From contig CAXWPH010000015.1 in NCBI GenBank assembly GCA_963666055.2, positions 1,664,001 through 1,728,000 on the forward strand: a stretch of DNA of 64,000 nucleotides, given 5' to 3'. The notes beneath the pieces are model-generated. The model ran no database searches. It had not been told where the DNA came from and worked only from the letters and a program-made list of their open reading frames with translations. This DNA is from Acidobacteriota bacterium (GTDB taxonomy: Bacteria > Acidobacteriota > UBA890 > WLXD01). Positions 10,681 through 20,321 of this stretch are shown here, in pieces (position 1 is the first letter of the stretch; each line of letters opens with the position of its first letter). Both the position numbers and the translations under genes were made by a program.

Positions 10681-12063
10681 CTACGTATACCGAGCGTCGC
10701 GATAACGCTCGGCGTAGAACTCAGGCAACAGGGCGTCGGCCTGCAGCAATCCCTGGCGAGTCAGCTCGACACCGGTGTCGGTAATGCGCAGCATCTGGCG
10801 CGATTGCAGTCGGCCCCACGCCGCGGCGAAGTGCTCGAGAACGTCGACGTTGAACTTGTCTGCGAAGTGCTTCCGGGCGAGGGCTCCGGTCTTGAGCTGC
10901 AGGATCGTCTCGCGTATCAGGCGGTCTTCGGCGCTTGTGACAAAGGCGCGCTGGAGCGGCAGCTCGTCGTTGCCTACCGCCTCGAGGTATTCGGACCAGG
11001 TCGCCGTATTCTGCACGTGGACACCGCTCAGATGACCGAACGAGGAAACCCCCGTGCCCAACATGTCAGCGCCGTGCCACAGCGCGTCGCGGTAGACGAA
11101 ATCGCAGCGCTTGTCGGTGCGCACCATCGTGTAGGCGCTAGAAATCTCGAACCCAGCGGCCTCGAGCTCCTGAAAGGCGTAGTCGTGCCACTCGCGCTTC
11201 AGCGCCCAGTCGGCCAGCGGCACTTCGAGCCTGCCCTCCAGGAACTGCTTCGAGAAGCGTGTGTTGTAGGGCAGCTCCATCTGATACACGGTGACCGAAT
11301 CCGGGTGCACGTCGATCGCCTGCCGCACGGTGTCGCGCCAGGTTTCCCAGGTCTCGCCGACCATGCCGGCGATCAGGTCGATGTTGAGTTGATCGAACGC
11401 CAGATCGTGGATCCACGGCAGCACCCGAAAGATCTCCTTGCTCACGTGGGCGCGTCCGTTCAACTGTAGAATCTCGTCGTCGAAGTTCTCCACGCCGAGG
11501 CTCAACCGGGTGATGCCAAGCTCGCGCACGGTCTCGAGCTTGGCCTGGGTGAGGGTACCCGGCTCGCATTCGAAGGTGACTTCGTCGACGTTGTCCCAGG
11601 GCAATGCCGCTCGCAGCCGGGCTACCAGCCTGCGCAGATGCTTTGCGGCGATGTAGGACGGGGTCCCGCCACCGAAATACACGAACCGCAACGGTCGCTC
11701 GGCGATCGCCGGGGCGCCGGCGTAGCGATCGATCTCACGGGCGAGCGCATCGCAGTAGACTTCGACCTCATCGGCGTTCTTGTCGGTAAACACGCGGAAG
11801 TAGCAGAACTTGCACCGCTTTCGACAGAACGGGATGTGGACATAGAGCCCCAGCGGGGGGGCGGTATCGGCCGCTGGAGTGTCGAGCACCTGCCGATACT
11901 TCGGCAACTGGTCGGCTGTCCACTGTGAGAATGGTGGGTAGTTGGACACGAAGACGCTGCCGACGCCGGTCGTTTCTCGTTGCGTTCGTGACGTCGCCGG
12001 CTCGGGGTGAAACTCGGCAGAAGAGTCGGCTTCTGGCAGCGCTTCCTGGCCCATCGATCTCAA
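10681..12063 (-). CDS. HemN-like (coproporphyrinogen III oxidase family) radical SAM enzyme
   Basis: LYVHIPFCRKRCKFCYF (CxxxCxxC), FGGGTPS, ECEP; N-terminal SNYPPF. Confidence 0.9.
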   Translation of the reverse strand: MRSMGQEALPEADSSAEFHPEPATSRTQRETTGVGSVFVSNYPPFSQWTADQLPKYRQVLDTPAADTAPPLGLYVHIPFCRKRCKFCYFRVFTDKNADEVEVYCDALAREIDRYAGAPAIAERPLRFVYFGGGTPSYIAAKHLRRLVARLRAALPWDNVDEVTFECEPGTLTQAKLETVRELGITRLSLGVENFDDEILQLNGRAHVSKEIFRVLPWIHDLAFDQLNIDLIAGMVGETWETWRDTVRQAIDVHPDSVTVYQMELPYNTRFSKQFLEGRLEVPLADWALKREWHDYAFQELEAAGFEISSAYTMVRTDKRCDFVYRDALWHGADMLGTGVSSFGHLSGVHVQNTATWSEYLEAVGNDELPLQRAFVTSAEDRLIRETILQLKTGALARKHFADKFNVDVLEHFAAAWGRLQSRQMLRITDTGVELTRQGLLQADALLPEFYAERYRDARYT

Positions 12064-13202
12064 CCGAAGCAGTAGAGGTCGCCGTCCTCTGTTCCGATTA
12101 CGAGGCGCCCCGAGGCGAGGCTTGGCGACGCGACGATCGACGACCCGGTTTCAAATTGCCACAGCACCGCACCTGACTGTGTGTCGAGCGCCACCAGGTT
12201 GCCGGAGCTTCCGCCTACGAATACCCGATCACCGACGATCACCGGTGACGAGTCGACGCGCGCACCGCTCGTGTGGGTCCATAGTACTGCGCCCGTAGCC
12301 GGGTCGATCCCGTGCACCATCTTGTCGCGTCCGCCCACCACCAGTAGCTCGTTGGTAACCGCAGCGGAGGAATAGAACGGGAACTTGCGCTTCGGGTGCT
12401 CATAGGCCCATCGTCGCTCGCCCGCCAGGGTCACCGCGAGCACCTGGTTCTCGTAGGTGCCGAAATAGGCTACGCCTTGGTGAACGGCCGGGCTCGCCGC
12501 GACGTATGCACCGATCTCGATGCTGCCGAGCAACGTGCCGTCCTTCAATGCTACGAGTCGCAGCACGCCGTCGCATCCGACCGAGATCACCGTGCCGTCG
12601 ACGATTGCCGGCGTCCCGTTTATGTAGCCGCCGGTCTCGATGCTCCAGACAAGCTTGCCGTCTGCGGCCGCCACGGCGTAGAGGTGGTTGTCGTAGGACC
12701 CGAAGATCAACAGCCCGTCAGCGTAGTTGGCCGCCGAGACGATCCCACCGCCTGTTTGGTACGACCATTGCTCGTTGCCGCTCTCCACGTCGAGCGCGTG
12801 GAACGTTCCCGACTCGTCGCCGAAGTAGACGGTGTTGCCGAAGACCGAAGGCGAAGATCTGATCTCGATGTCGGTCTCGAATCGCCACAGCTCGGCGCCG
12901 CTGGCGAGATCCAATGCATACAGGCGACCATCGAGTGAGCCCACGAAAACCCGACCATCGGCGATCGCGGCGCTCGACTCGATGCTGTCCTCGGCTGAAA
13001 AGATCCACCGTGGCTCCGGCGCCGACGGCAACTCGATGTTGGCTGTGCCCGTGAGCGCGGCGTTGCCGCGGAATACACGCCACGCGTCGTCGGCCCCGCC
13101 GTGCGCCACGCCGGTGGTGACGACGGTACAGGCAAACGCGCCCATCCCTGCGGCCAGACGCCAGCGGCGGGCTCGAACTTTGCTCTCAATACGCCGATCC
13201 AT
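12060..13202 (-). CDS. PQQ-like/BamB-like beta-propeller repeat protein
   Basis: Repeated SSPxxxxxxVYxGxxDGxLYALD...W blades; WRVFRGN after signal peptide; start at ATG 13202 inferred. Confidence 0.9.
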   Translation of the reverse strand: MDRRIESKVRARRWRLAAGMGAFACTVVTTGVAHGGADDAWRVFRGNAALTGTANIELPSAPEPRWIFSAEDSIESSAAIADGRVFVGSLDGRLYALDLASGAELWRFETDIEIRSSPSVFGNTVYFGDESGTFHALDVESGNEQWSYQTGGGIVSAANYADGLLIFGSYDNHLYAVAAADGKLVWSIETGGYINGTPAIVDGTVISVGCDGVLRLVALKDGTLLGSIEIGAYVAASPAVHQGVAYFGTYENQVLAVTLAGERRWAYEHPKRKFPFYSSAAVTNELLVVGGRDKMVHGIDPATGAVLWTHTSGARVDSSPVIVGDRVFVGGSSGNLVALDTQSGAVLWQFETGSSIVASPSLASGRLVIGTEDGDLYCFG

Positions 13203-14349
13203 AAATGCCCAGCAGCTCGTTCGCGTCCACCGGACGCGGGTTGAAGTTGGTGGTCCATTGTTGCGCCGCCTCCACCGCGAGCTCGCTGAGGCTCGCTTGC
13301 GGTATGGCGTGGTCACGGAGCCGTGGCGCCACCCCGGCGCTTCCCAGCATCGCCGTGAGGCGTCCGGGTAAATCACTGACCTCGAGGACATCGTACTCGG
13401 TGGCAGCGTCTTCGCTCGCCAGGTTGTAGCGCACCACGTACGGCAACATGACCCCGACGGCGATGCCGTGGGTGATGCCGAACCGGGCGGTCAGCGGATT
13501 GGCGCAGGCGTGTGCCGCGCCCAGCATGGAACGCTCGATCGCCGCCCCCGCTAGGTGCGCGCCGAGCAACATGTGCCCGCGTGCCTCGAGGTCGTCCGGC
13601 GTGGTTACCGCCGGCTCGAAGCCCTCCGATAGCAAACGCCAAGCCTCACGGCTATAGAGCCGCGAGATAGGGTTGGCGCGCGAGCTGACCAGGCTCTCGA
13701 CGGCATGCGAGACGGCGTCGATACCGGTGGCGACCCGTACGTCGCGAGGTACTGTCCTGGTGACTGAAGGATCGAGAACGGTGGCTCGAAAACGGGCCCC
13801 CGGATCGCCGCACGCCATCTTCCGATGGTCGTCGAGCCGCGAGATCAGCGCGTACGATTGCGCTTCGCTGCCGGTTCCGGCGGTGGTTGGCACCCCGATC
13901 GACGGCAACATCTCCGCATGCGCCTTTCCGGTCCCCTCGTAGTCCTCCATGCGGCCGCCGTTGCTGTACAGGAAGTTCACGCCCTTCGCCGTATCCATGG
14001 AGCTCCCGCCACCGAAGCCGATGAGCAGGTCGACGCCGTGTCGTCGGGCAGCCCGCACGCCCACCTCCACGCACGCCGTACTTGGGTTCTCCTCGACGCC
14101 ATCGAAAACGGCGCAAGCGCACCCGAGCTCCATCAGCGCGGCGTCGAGCTCGTCGACGATCCCGGTGGCGCGTACGCCGGGATCAGTGACGATCAGCGGG
14201 CGTTGGGCGCCGAGCTCGCTGACGATCGACGGCACCCTAGCGCGCTCGCCGACACCGAAACAGACGTCAACAGCGCCCACCGTGGCGCGCCAGCGCGCTT
14301 TGCCGAGTGCTGGTTCAAGTGCCGAGACCCGCGGCTCAATCACACTCAT
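13186..14349 (-). CDS. iron-containing alcohol dehydrogenase
   Basis: GGGSSMD, PTTAGTGSE, GIDAVSHAVE, AHACANPL, HGIA. Confidence 0.95.
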   Translation of the reverse strand: MSVIEPRVSALEPALGKARWRATVGAVDVCFGVGERARVPSIVSELGAQRPLIVTDPGVRATGIVDELDAALMELGCACAVFDGVEENPSTACVEVGVRAARRHGVDLLIGFGGGSSMDTAKGVNFLYSNGGRMEDYEGTGKAHAEMLPSIGVPTTAGTGSEAQSYALISRLDDHRKMACGDPGARFRATVLDPSVTRTVPRDVRVATGIDAVSHAVESLVSSRANPISRLYSREAWRLLSEGFEPAVTTPDDLEARGHMLLGAHLAGAAIERSMLGAAHACANPLTARFGITHGIAVGVMLPYVVRYNLASEDAATEYDVLEVSDLPGRLTAMLGSAGVAPRLRDHAIPQASLSELAVEAAQQWTTNFNPRPVDANELLGIYGSAY

Positions 14350-14367
14350 GGCGTCAGCTTGGTGTTC

Positions 14368-14415
14368 CTAGCAGGCCGGGGTGGAAATGTGGCGGGCCTG
14401 GCGACAGAGATCGGA
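14368..14415 (+). repeat. MITE left-end remnant
   Basis: CTAGCAGGCCGGGGTGGAAATGTGGCGGGCCTGGCGACAG aligns to left end of 30810 element. Confidence 0.7.
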
Positions 14416-14535
14416 CGGGAGGCGACCGTAGCATTCCACGATAGCATGGCGCCTGGCGGGCCCGTCACGCGTGCGCCCTTGGGACGGCGGCGCTATTGTC
14501 GCTACGGTAGCTCTCTCTCTGGCGGAGGCCGGCGG

Positions 14536-14985
14536 ATGGACGGTGTGCGTATCAGGGTTGCTCGGCAGAACGACCGGGAAGCCGTAATCGAGCTGCTACG
14601 TGTCTGCGAGTTGCCGCTCGGCGGGCTGGATGACTGTTGGGCCAGCGCCTTCGTTGCCTGCACTGGCCAGGTGGTGGCCGGCTCCGCGGCGCTGGAGCAT
14701 CACGGGCCCGACGCCATACTGCGATCGGTAGCGGTCGACGCTGCGCATCGAGGGCGTGGCATCGGCGAGGCCCTGGTGCAACGGGCTCTCGAGGCGGCGA
14801 GGTCCGACCACGTACGCAACGTCTATCTGCTTACCGAGACCGCCTCGGACTTCTTTCCGCGGTTCGGGTTTCGCCAGACTCCCCGGGAGCAGGCGCCTGC
14901 AGCCATCCTGCAGTCGATTGAGTACAGTTCCCTTTGCCCGACCAGCGCCACATCGATGGTGTGTCGCGTCAGCGGCGACGGCTGA
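14536..14985 (+). CDS. GNAT N-acetyltransferase, ArsN2-like
   Basis: LRSVAVDAAHRGRGIG, YLLTETASDFF, C-terminal SIEYSSLCPTSA; GGAGG upstream of ATG 14536. Confidence 0.8.
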   Translation: MDGVRIRVARQNDREAVIELLRVCELPLGGLDDCWASAFVACTGQVVAGSAALEHHGPDAILRSVAVDAAHRGRGIGEALVQRALEAARSDHVRNVYLLTETASDFFPRFGFRQTPREQAPAAILQSIEYSSLCPTSATSMVCRVSGDG

Positions 14986-14988
14986 GCC

Positions 14989-15900
14989 GTGGGTTGTCGC
15001 TTCGTTACTCTCGATGTCTTCACAGACGTCGCCTTCGGGGGCAATCCGCTTGCTGTAGTCCCCGATGCCCAAGGCATCGACGGACGCCGGATGCAGTTGA
15101 TCGCTCGCGAGCTCAATCTCTCGGAAACGGTGTTCGTGTTGCCGCCCGACGATCCCGACAACACCCGCAAGATTCGCATCTTCACGCCGGTGACCGAGTT
15201 GCCGTTCGCTGGCCATCCGACCGTGGGAACGGCCTTCGCACTGGCGGCGCTAGGCGAGGTCGAGACGCGGGAGCCGGAGGTCAGGCTGGTGCTCGAGGAG
15301 GGTGTCGGCCCGGTGCCCGTTCGTGTGCGTTGCGCCAATGGTGAGCCGGAGTTCGCGCAGCTCACAGCGGCGCAGCCGCCCGACGAGCGGCCCGTGTCGA
15401 CGTCGCCCGCCGACGTCGCGGCCGTGCTGAGTCTCAGCGTCGATGATCTGCGCTCGGACGAGCTAGGCGTGGGCGCGGTCTCGTGCGGGCTACCATTTCT
15501 CTTCGTGCCTTTGCGCGACATCGATGCTGTGCGACGGGCACGCCTGGATCATCAGGCCTGGCGCGACTCACTGGAACACACTTGGGCGCCGCAAGTGTTT
15601 CTGTTTGCCATGCAAGGCGAGCGACCCGGAGCCGACCTGCACGCCCGCATGTTCGGGCCTGGCGTAGGGATCGATGAGGATCCAGCCACCGGCTCCGCCG
15701 CCACAGCGCTGGCGGCGTACCTGGCGGTTCGGTCCGGTGAGCGCGACGCCGAGCTCCGGTGGGTGGTGGAGCAAGGTTTCGAGATGGGGCGTGCGAGCCG
15801 CATGGACATCGAGGCGGTGGTCGCCGACGGACAGGTCGTGGCGGCTCGGGTCGGCGGTGCGGCGGTGATGATGAGCGAGGGCACCATCCGTGTCGCCTGA
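14989..15900 (+). CDS. PhzF family isomerase
   Basis: DVFTD..FGGNPLAV, LSETVF, ELPFAGHPT, EDPATGSA, EQGFEMGRAS. Confidence 0.95.
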   Translation: MGCRFVTLDVFTDVAFGGNPLAVVPDAQGIDGRRMQLIARELNLSETVFVLPPDDPDNTRKIRIFTPVTELPFAGHPTVGTAFALAALGEVETREPEVRLVLEEGVGPVPVRVRCANGEPEFAQLTAAQPPDERPVSTSPADVAAVLSLSVDDLRSDELGVGAVSCGLPFLFVPLRDIDAVRRARLDHQAWRDSLEHTWAPQVFLFAMQGERPGADLHARMFGPGVGIDEDPATGSAATALAAYLAVRSGERDAELRWVVEQGFEMGRASRMDIEAVVADGQVVAARVGGAAVMMSEGTIRVA

Positions 15901-16809
15901 CCGGCGGCGGCTTTCCGTGCTGCAAGTCGATGCGTTTACACGCCAGCCTCTGCAGGGCAACCCCTGCGCTGTCGTGCTCGATGCCGACGACCTCGACCCC
16001 TCGACCATGCAGGCGATTGCTCTCGAGATGAACCTGTCCGAAACTGCGTTCGTGATGCGATCCGTGGTCGCCGACTTTCGCGCCCGCTACTTCACGCCGG
16101 CCGCCGAGATCCCGTTGGCGGGCCATCCCACACTGGCGACCACCAGGGCACTTATCGACACCGGACGCCTGGAGGTCGATGCGCACGGAACCCACTTCGA
16201 CCTGGAATTGACAGACGGCCCGATCGGCGTCGACGTGCGTGGGAGCGGTGAGCTCGCCGAGATCACCATGACGCAGCGTCAGCCGGTGTTCCTGCGCTCC
16301 TATGTTGCCGCCGAGATCCTGCCGCTATTCGGGTTGCAGGAGACGGACGGACTTGCGGAAGGGCCACCGCCACAAACGGTGAGCACGGGAACACCGATGC
16401 TCATGGTGCCGCTACGCGATCGTGACGCGTTGGCGCGAGCTCGCCTCGATGTAGCCGCCCTTGCGGCCGCCCTCGAAGGCGGCGACTTCTTCAGTCCGCA
16501 TCTGTTCTGCCTGGACGGCTTTACCGACGCCGGCGCCACCGCAGCGCGGCACTTCGGCTTGCCGCCAGATACCTACGAAGATCCGTTCACCGGGTCTGCG
16601 ACGGGGGCTAGCAGGCCGTGGCCGCCTACTGCTGGCGCTACGGTCTGATCGGCGAGCCCCGATTCATCGCCCAACAGGGGCATACGATGGGGCGCCCCGG
16701 AACGGCCAACGTAGAGGTGATGGGCCCCGCCGAGAACATCGAGGCGGTGCGCGTCGGGGGAAACGCCGTGACCGTAATGACGGGCGTTTTGACGCTCCCG
16801 GCCGAGTGA
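15890..16809 (+). pseudogene. second PhzF family protein, frameshifted
   Basis: EIPLAGHPT, EDPFTGSATG, then continues in another frame (AAYCWRYG...QQGHTMGRPG) after ~16610. Confidence 0.85.
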
Positions 16810-17238
16810 TTTTTCTTGACGTAAGGGCACAGTAAAAGCCAGCTTTGATCACTGAAAGTCTTCGGGCAGCGGTGGCCAGTAACGTGGGTATCGCGCGGCG
16901 GGAGGTGCCGGTGTCAGCTGCGGCGCCCGCAAGTCGTGTCCCTGTCTGTCCGCGCCACGCCGCTCCGCTGGACGGACTCGTGACCGCGCCCGTCGGCGGT
17001 TGACCCTCACCGCAGCGCGTCTGCCCGGTGCTTCCGACGCTGACCGCGGTTGCGTCGCTCGGAGGCGCGGCGGCCGTTGCGGGACACGGTGTGCATGGGC
17101 GCCGGAGCGGTGCGCGCTACCCCTCGGCAGCGGCGGTCAACCGTGGCCCGGTCGGTTTTGGCCAGCCGACCCGAACAGCTAGCCTGGTTTCTCGGACGCC
17201 ACGGTGAACCCCGGCACCGTGTCACAGGGAGCTAGTCC

Positions 17239-17964
17239 ATGAGCCGACAGGCGGCGGGATTCACTCTGGTAGAGGTCAGCGTCATCGTCGTTGCCGTCCT
17301 GGTGGTGGTGTCGATCGTGCTCGTCAACGTCGCCGACTTCAATCGTCTGGCGCGGTTCGCGCGTGTGCAGGACAGCGTGACGCGCTTGTGCTCTGCCTTG
17401 GCGAGGCTGATTCTCGACACTGGCGAGCTGGTCTCACACGAGACGCATGACCCGAGCGCTGTTGCCGGTGGCCCGCCAGTGGGCCTGCTGATTGGCGACG
17501 GTCGCGCACCCACCCTAAATAGCCAATCACCCGGTGCGGCCGGCGCCCCCTGGCTGCTCGCCGAGGGCGAGCCATTTGAACAACGCGCTGACTACACAGG
17601 CGTCCCGCAGCGCTTTACTGTCGACAAGCTTGCCAATCATCTGGTGCACAACACGCCGTTAGGTGAGCCCAACCGGGGCTATCACACGCCCACGGACGGA
17701 ATTGTCTCCGACGACCTGTTCGCATGGCGGGGCCCATACATCAGCGGTCGCGTCGAGGCCGACCCATGGGGCAATCGCTACATGGCCAATGTGTTCAGCC
17801 TGTACGTGCCCCCGGCAGTTGACGGCGGCGGTTTTAAGAGCGCCGTTGTGTGCTACTCGGCTGGCGCCGATGAAGAAGTAGACACGGCCTTCAACCAGCC
17901 CACTGGTTGGTCTAGCGGTGACGATGACGTGAGCGCCTTCGTCGCCATCGGTGGCCGATTCTGA
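17239..17964 (+). CDS. type IV pilin / T2SS pseudopilin-like protein
   Basis: Prepilin cleavage motif GFTLVEV, hydrophobic helix, GspG-like WRGPY...DPWGNRY and SAGAD. Confidence 0.8.
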   Translation: MSRQAAGFTLVEVSVIVVAVLVVVSIVLVNVADFNRLARFARVQDSVTRLCSALARLILDTGELVSHETHDPSAVAGGPPVGLLIGDGRAPTLNSQSPGAAGAPWLLAEGEPFEQRADYTGVPQRFTVDKLANHLVHNTPLGEPNRGYHTPTDGIVSDDLFAWRGPYISGRVEADPWGNRYMANVFSLYVPPAVDGGGFKSAVVCYSAGADEEVDTAFNQPTGWSSGDDDVSAFVAIGGRF

Positions 17965-18122
17965 TGCAGTGCCCCGACAGACAGCACCCCAAGAGGGAGA
18001 CCCGAGCGTCACGCAGCCCTGCGTGAGGTGCCCGGGGGCGGGTTCCCTGGTCCGCCTCCGGCACCTCGCTCCCCGCGCCGAGTTCGCCAGTGCGGCGATT
18101 GCTACCAACGGTGCGATCACTG

Positions 18123-19364
18123 TCAGTGCGCGTGCCGCGTGGCGGCGCCCAGATGCTCGATGGCCTGGCTGAGTTGGTTGTCGTCGAGGTAAGGCGCCGG
18201 GCCGAGACGTAGTACGTCGGCGCGGCAGTCGGTGTGAACGCCGCGCTCGCCAAGGCGTCGGCTGAGCTTGGCGGCGTCTGCCGAGCGCAGCGCCAGGAAG
18301 CCACCCAGCTGGCTCAGCGGGGTGCGGCGATCGCGCGACACAATGTCGGGGTCGAGATCCAGCGCGTCGAAGGCGGTGGCCAGCAGACCGACCTGGTGCT
18401 GGCTAACTTCTCGCAAGAGCTCGGGCGCGAGGCCCACGCGCTCGAAGAAATCGAATACCTCGGCGGCCCGGTAGTGCGCTGTCGGATCGTAGGTGGCGCC
18501 GGCGAACCGTGCGGCACCGTGTGCGTACACGACCTTGCCGAGATCTGCCTCGCTGAGCGTGTCGAACTCGGCGAACCAGCCGGTGACTACCGGGCGCAGC
18601 GCACAGCTCGGTGGGAGGCGCAGAAAGCAGTTGCCCTCGCCCAGCTGGCAGTACTTGTAGCCGCCACCCACGATGAACGCGGTCTCAAGGCCGAGCCCGC
18701 GCACCGAGAAGGGGATCACGTTGAGCGCGTGGTAAACATCGACGAGCAGCTCGGTTCCCGAGCGCTCGCAGGCGGCGCACAGGTGCTCGAGATGCGGAAC
18801 ACGCTTGGCGCTTTGGAACATCACCTGGGAGACGGCCACCAGCGCGGTACGGTCGTCGATGGTGGCCGCGAGGCGCTCTGCCAGGGTCTCGATCGGCTCC
18901 GTCGCGAGCTTGACCACCTCAATCTGCTCCTCGGCGAGTCGATCGAGCTGTCGCCGCAAGGTGTGAAACTCGCCGTCCGTGGTGATGAGGCGCGGTCGCT
19001 GACGGAGAGGCAGTGCCGACAACAGACGCACCACTAACTCATGGGTGTTAGGGCCGAGCGCGATGGTGTCGTCGTCGTCGTCGAGAAGCTGTGCCCAGCC
19101 GTGACGCACGCGCTGCGCTTTGGCGAACGCCCGCTCCCATTTTTGATCGACAAGCTCGGCGGCATCGATCCACGCCTGGCGTTGACCGTCGAAACCGCAA
19201 TCGGGCCAGGCTTGGTGGGAGTGGCCGGTCAATAGAAGCCGCTCGGCTACCCGGAAGTGTTTGTAGTAGCCAGTCAGGGCGTTCGGGGTGGCGTAGAGCT
19301 GCGCGGCGTCGAGTGGCGCAGGAAGGGCCGGATCCTCGCTGCGTGCGGTTAAGACAGGCACCAC
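18123..19364 (-). CDS. kynU: kynureninase (PLP-dependent, class V aminotransferase fold)
   Basis: LLTGHSHQAWPD, DVYH, PLP lysine in GGGYKY, TGWF; downstream of TDO; GTG start at 19364 or 19361 inferred. Confidence 0.8.
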   Translation of the reverse strand: MVPVLTARSEDPALPAPLDAAQLYATPNALTGYYKHFRVAERLLLTGHSHQAWPDCGFDGQRQAWIDAAELVDQKWERAFAKAQRVRHGWAQLLDDDDDTIALGPNTHELVVRLLSALPLRQRPRLITTDGEFHTLRRQLDRLAEEQIEVVKLATEPIETLAERLAATIDDRTALVAVSQVMFQSAKRVPHLEHLCAACERSGTELLVDVYHALNVIPFSVRGLGLETAFIVGGGYKYCQLGEGNCFLRLPPSCALRPVVTGWFAEFDTLSEADLGKVVYAHGAARFAGATYDPTAHYRAAEVFDFFERVGLAPELLREVSQHQVGLLATAFDALDLDPDIVSRDRRTPLSQLGGFLALRSADAAKLSRRLGERGVHTDCRADVLRLGPAPYLDDNQLSQAIEHLGAATRHAH

Positions 19365-19385
19365 ACTTTCACCACGGCCTGCTAG
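19359..19385 (-). repeat. MITE terminal-repeat remnant between kynA and kynU
   Basis: 27 bp identical to the right end of the 30810-31088 element. Confidence 0.8.
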
Positions 19386-20233
19386 AGCTCGCTGCGAATC
19401 GCCCACAAGTCCGGAAACAGCGGCTTGAAGAGCGTGGCTTGCAGGTACTCGGCTCCCGAGCTGCCACCGGTGCCACGCTTGGTACCTATGGTGCGCTGCA
19501 CCATCTTCACGTGTCGATAGCGCCATTCCTGGATGCCCTCGTCCAGGTCGACCAATCGCTCGCACACCTGGGACAAGGTCTGGTCGGTGCGGTAGATCTG
19601 AATGAGGTGCTCTTGCACCGCCTTGTTCTCCTGAGTCGGCCCAGGCGTTGTGTCTGAGCTTGCCTGAGTCGGCGCCTCCATCCCCTGATTGACGAGGAAG
19701 CTGACGAAGTAGTCCCAGAGGGACGGGGATCGCAGTCGCTCGGCCAGGCGTTGGTGCTCCGGCGATCCGTCGGCAAAGCGCTCGAGTGTGGCAGGTTGTT
19801 TCATGCCCAACGCAAACTCCAGCTCGCGAAACTGGCACGACTCGAAGCCGCTTGCCGAGGCCAGTCGATCCCGAAAACTCAGGAATTCGAGCGGCGTCAT
19901 AGTCTCCAGCACGTCGATCTGCGCCACCAGGGTCTTGAGGATCGTCAGTATCCGCTTGAGTGTTTGCAGCACGCCGGCGGAGTCGCCGGCCTTGAATCGA
20001 GCCCCCAGCCGATCGAGCTCGTGGAGCATTTGCTTGAACCACAGCTCGTATACCTGGTGGATGACGATGAAGAGCATCTCGTCGTGCTCGGGGCCATCCG
20101 ACTTCGGTTGCTGCAGAGACAGCAGCTCGTCGAGCTTCAGGTACTCCGCGTAGGCGCGCGAGCGCACGTAATGACTCCGCAGGCTGGAGGTGCCGTTGGC
20201 CAGTCGAGCCGCACCACTGTGGCGCCCAACCAT
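19382..20233 (-). CDS. kynA: tryptophan 2,3-dioxygenase
   Basis: YLKLDELLSLQ, HDEMLFIVIHQVYELWFKQ, ASGFES.QFR, WRYRH..MVQRTIG.K.GTGGSSG; start could be GTG 20167. Confidence 0.95.
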   Translation of the reverse strand: MVGRHSGAARLANGTSSLRSHYVRSRAYAEYLKLDELLSLQQPKSDGPEHDEMLFIVIHQVYELWFKQMLHELDRLGARFKAGDSAGVLQTLKRILTILKTLVAQIDVLETMTPLEFLSFRDRLASASGFESCQFRELEFALGMKQPATLERFADGSPEHQRLAERLRSPSLWDYFVSFLVNQGMEAPTQASSDTTPGPTQENKAVQEHLIQIYRTDQTLSQVCERLVDLDEGIQEWRYRHVKMVQRTIGTKRGTGGSSGAEYLQATLFKPLFPDLWAIRSEL

Positions 20234-20321
20234 GGCCGTATCTCGGCAGCTTAGCTCAACTTCGGGCAGGCTCGACCGTTCGCTTCCATTGTACGGGTCG
20301 TGGCGGCTCTATAATCGCGGC

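Noticed and set aside
9362-13202. PQQ biosynthesis or quinoprotein dehydrogenase
   Set aside because: Only generic PQQ-like propeller repeats; no pqq genes, and the radical SAM is HemN-type, not PqqE
14989-16809. Phenazine biosynthesis cluster
   Set aside because: Only PhzF-family genes; no phzA/B, D, E or G
16810-17238. ncRNA or riboswitch upstream of the pilin
   Set aside because: No recognisable conserved motif; would need an Infernal scan
19365-20042. 639-aa kynureninase fusion (ORF 18123..20042)
   Set aside because: Extension overlaps kynA in another frame and has no recognisable domain
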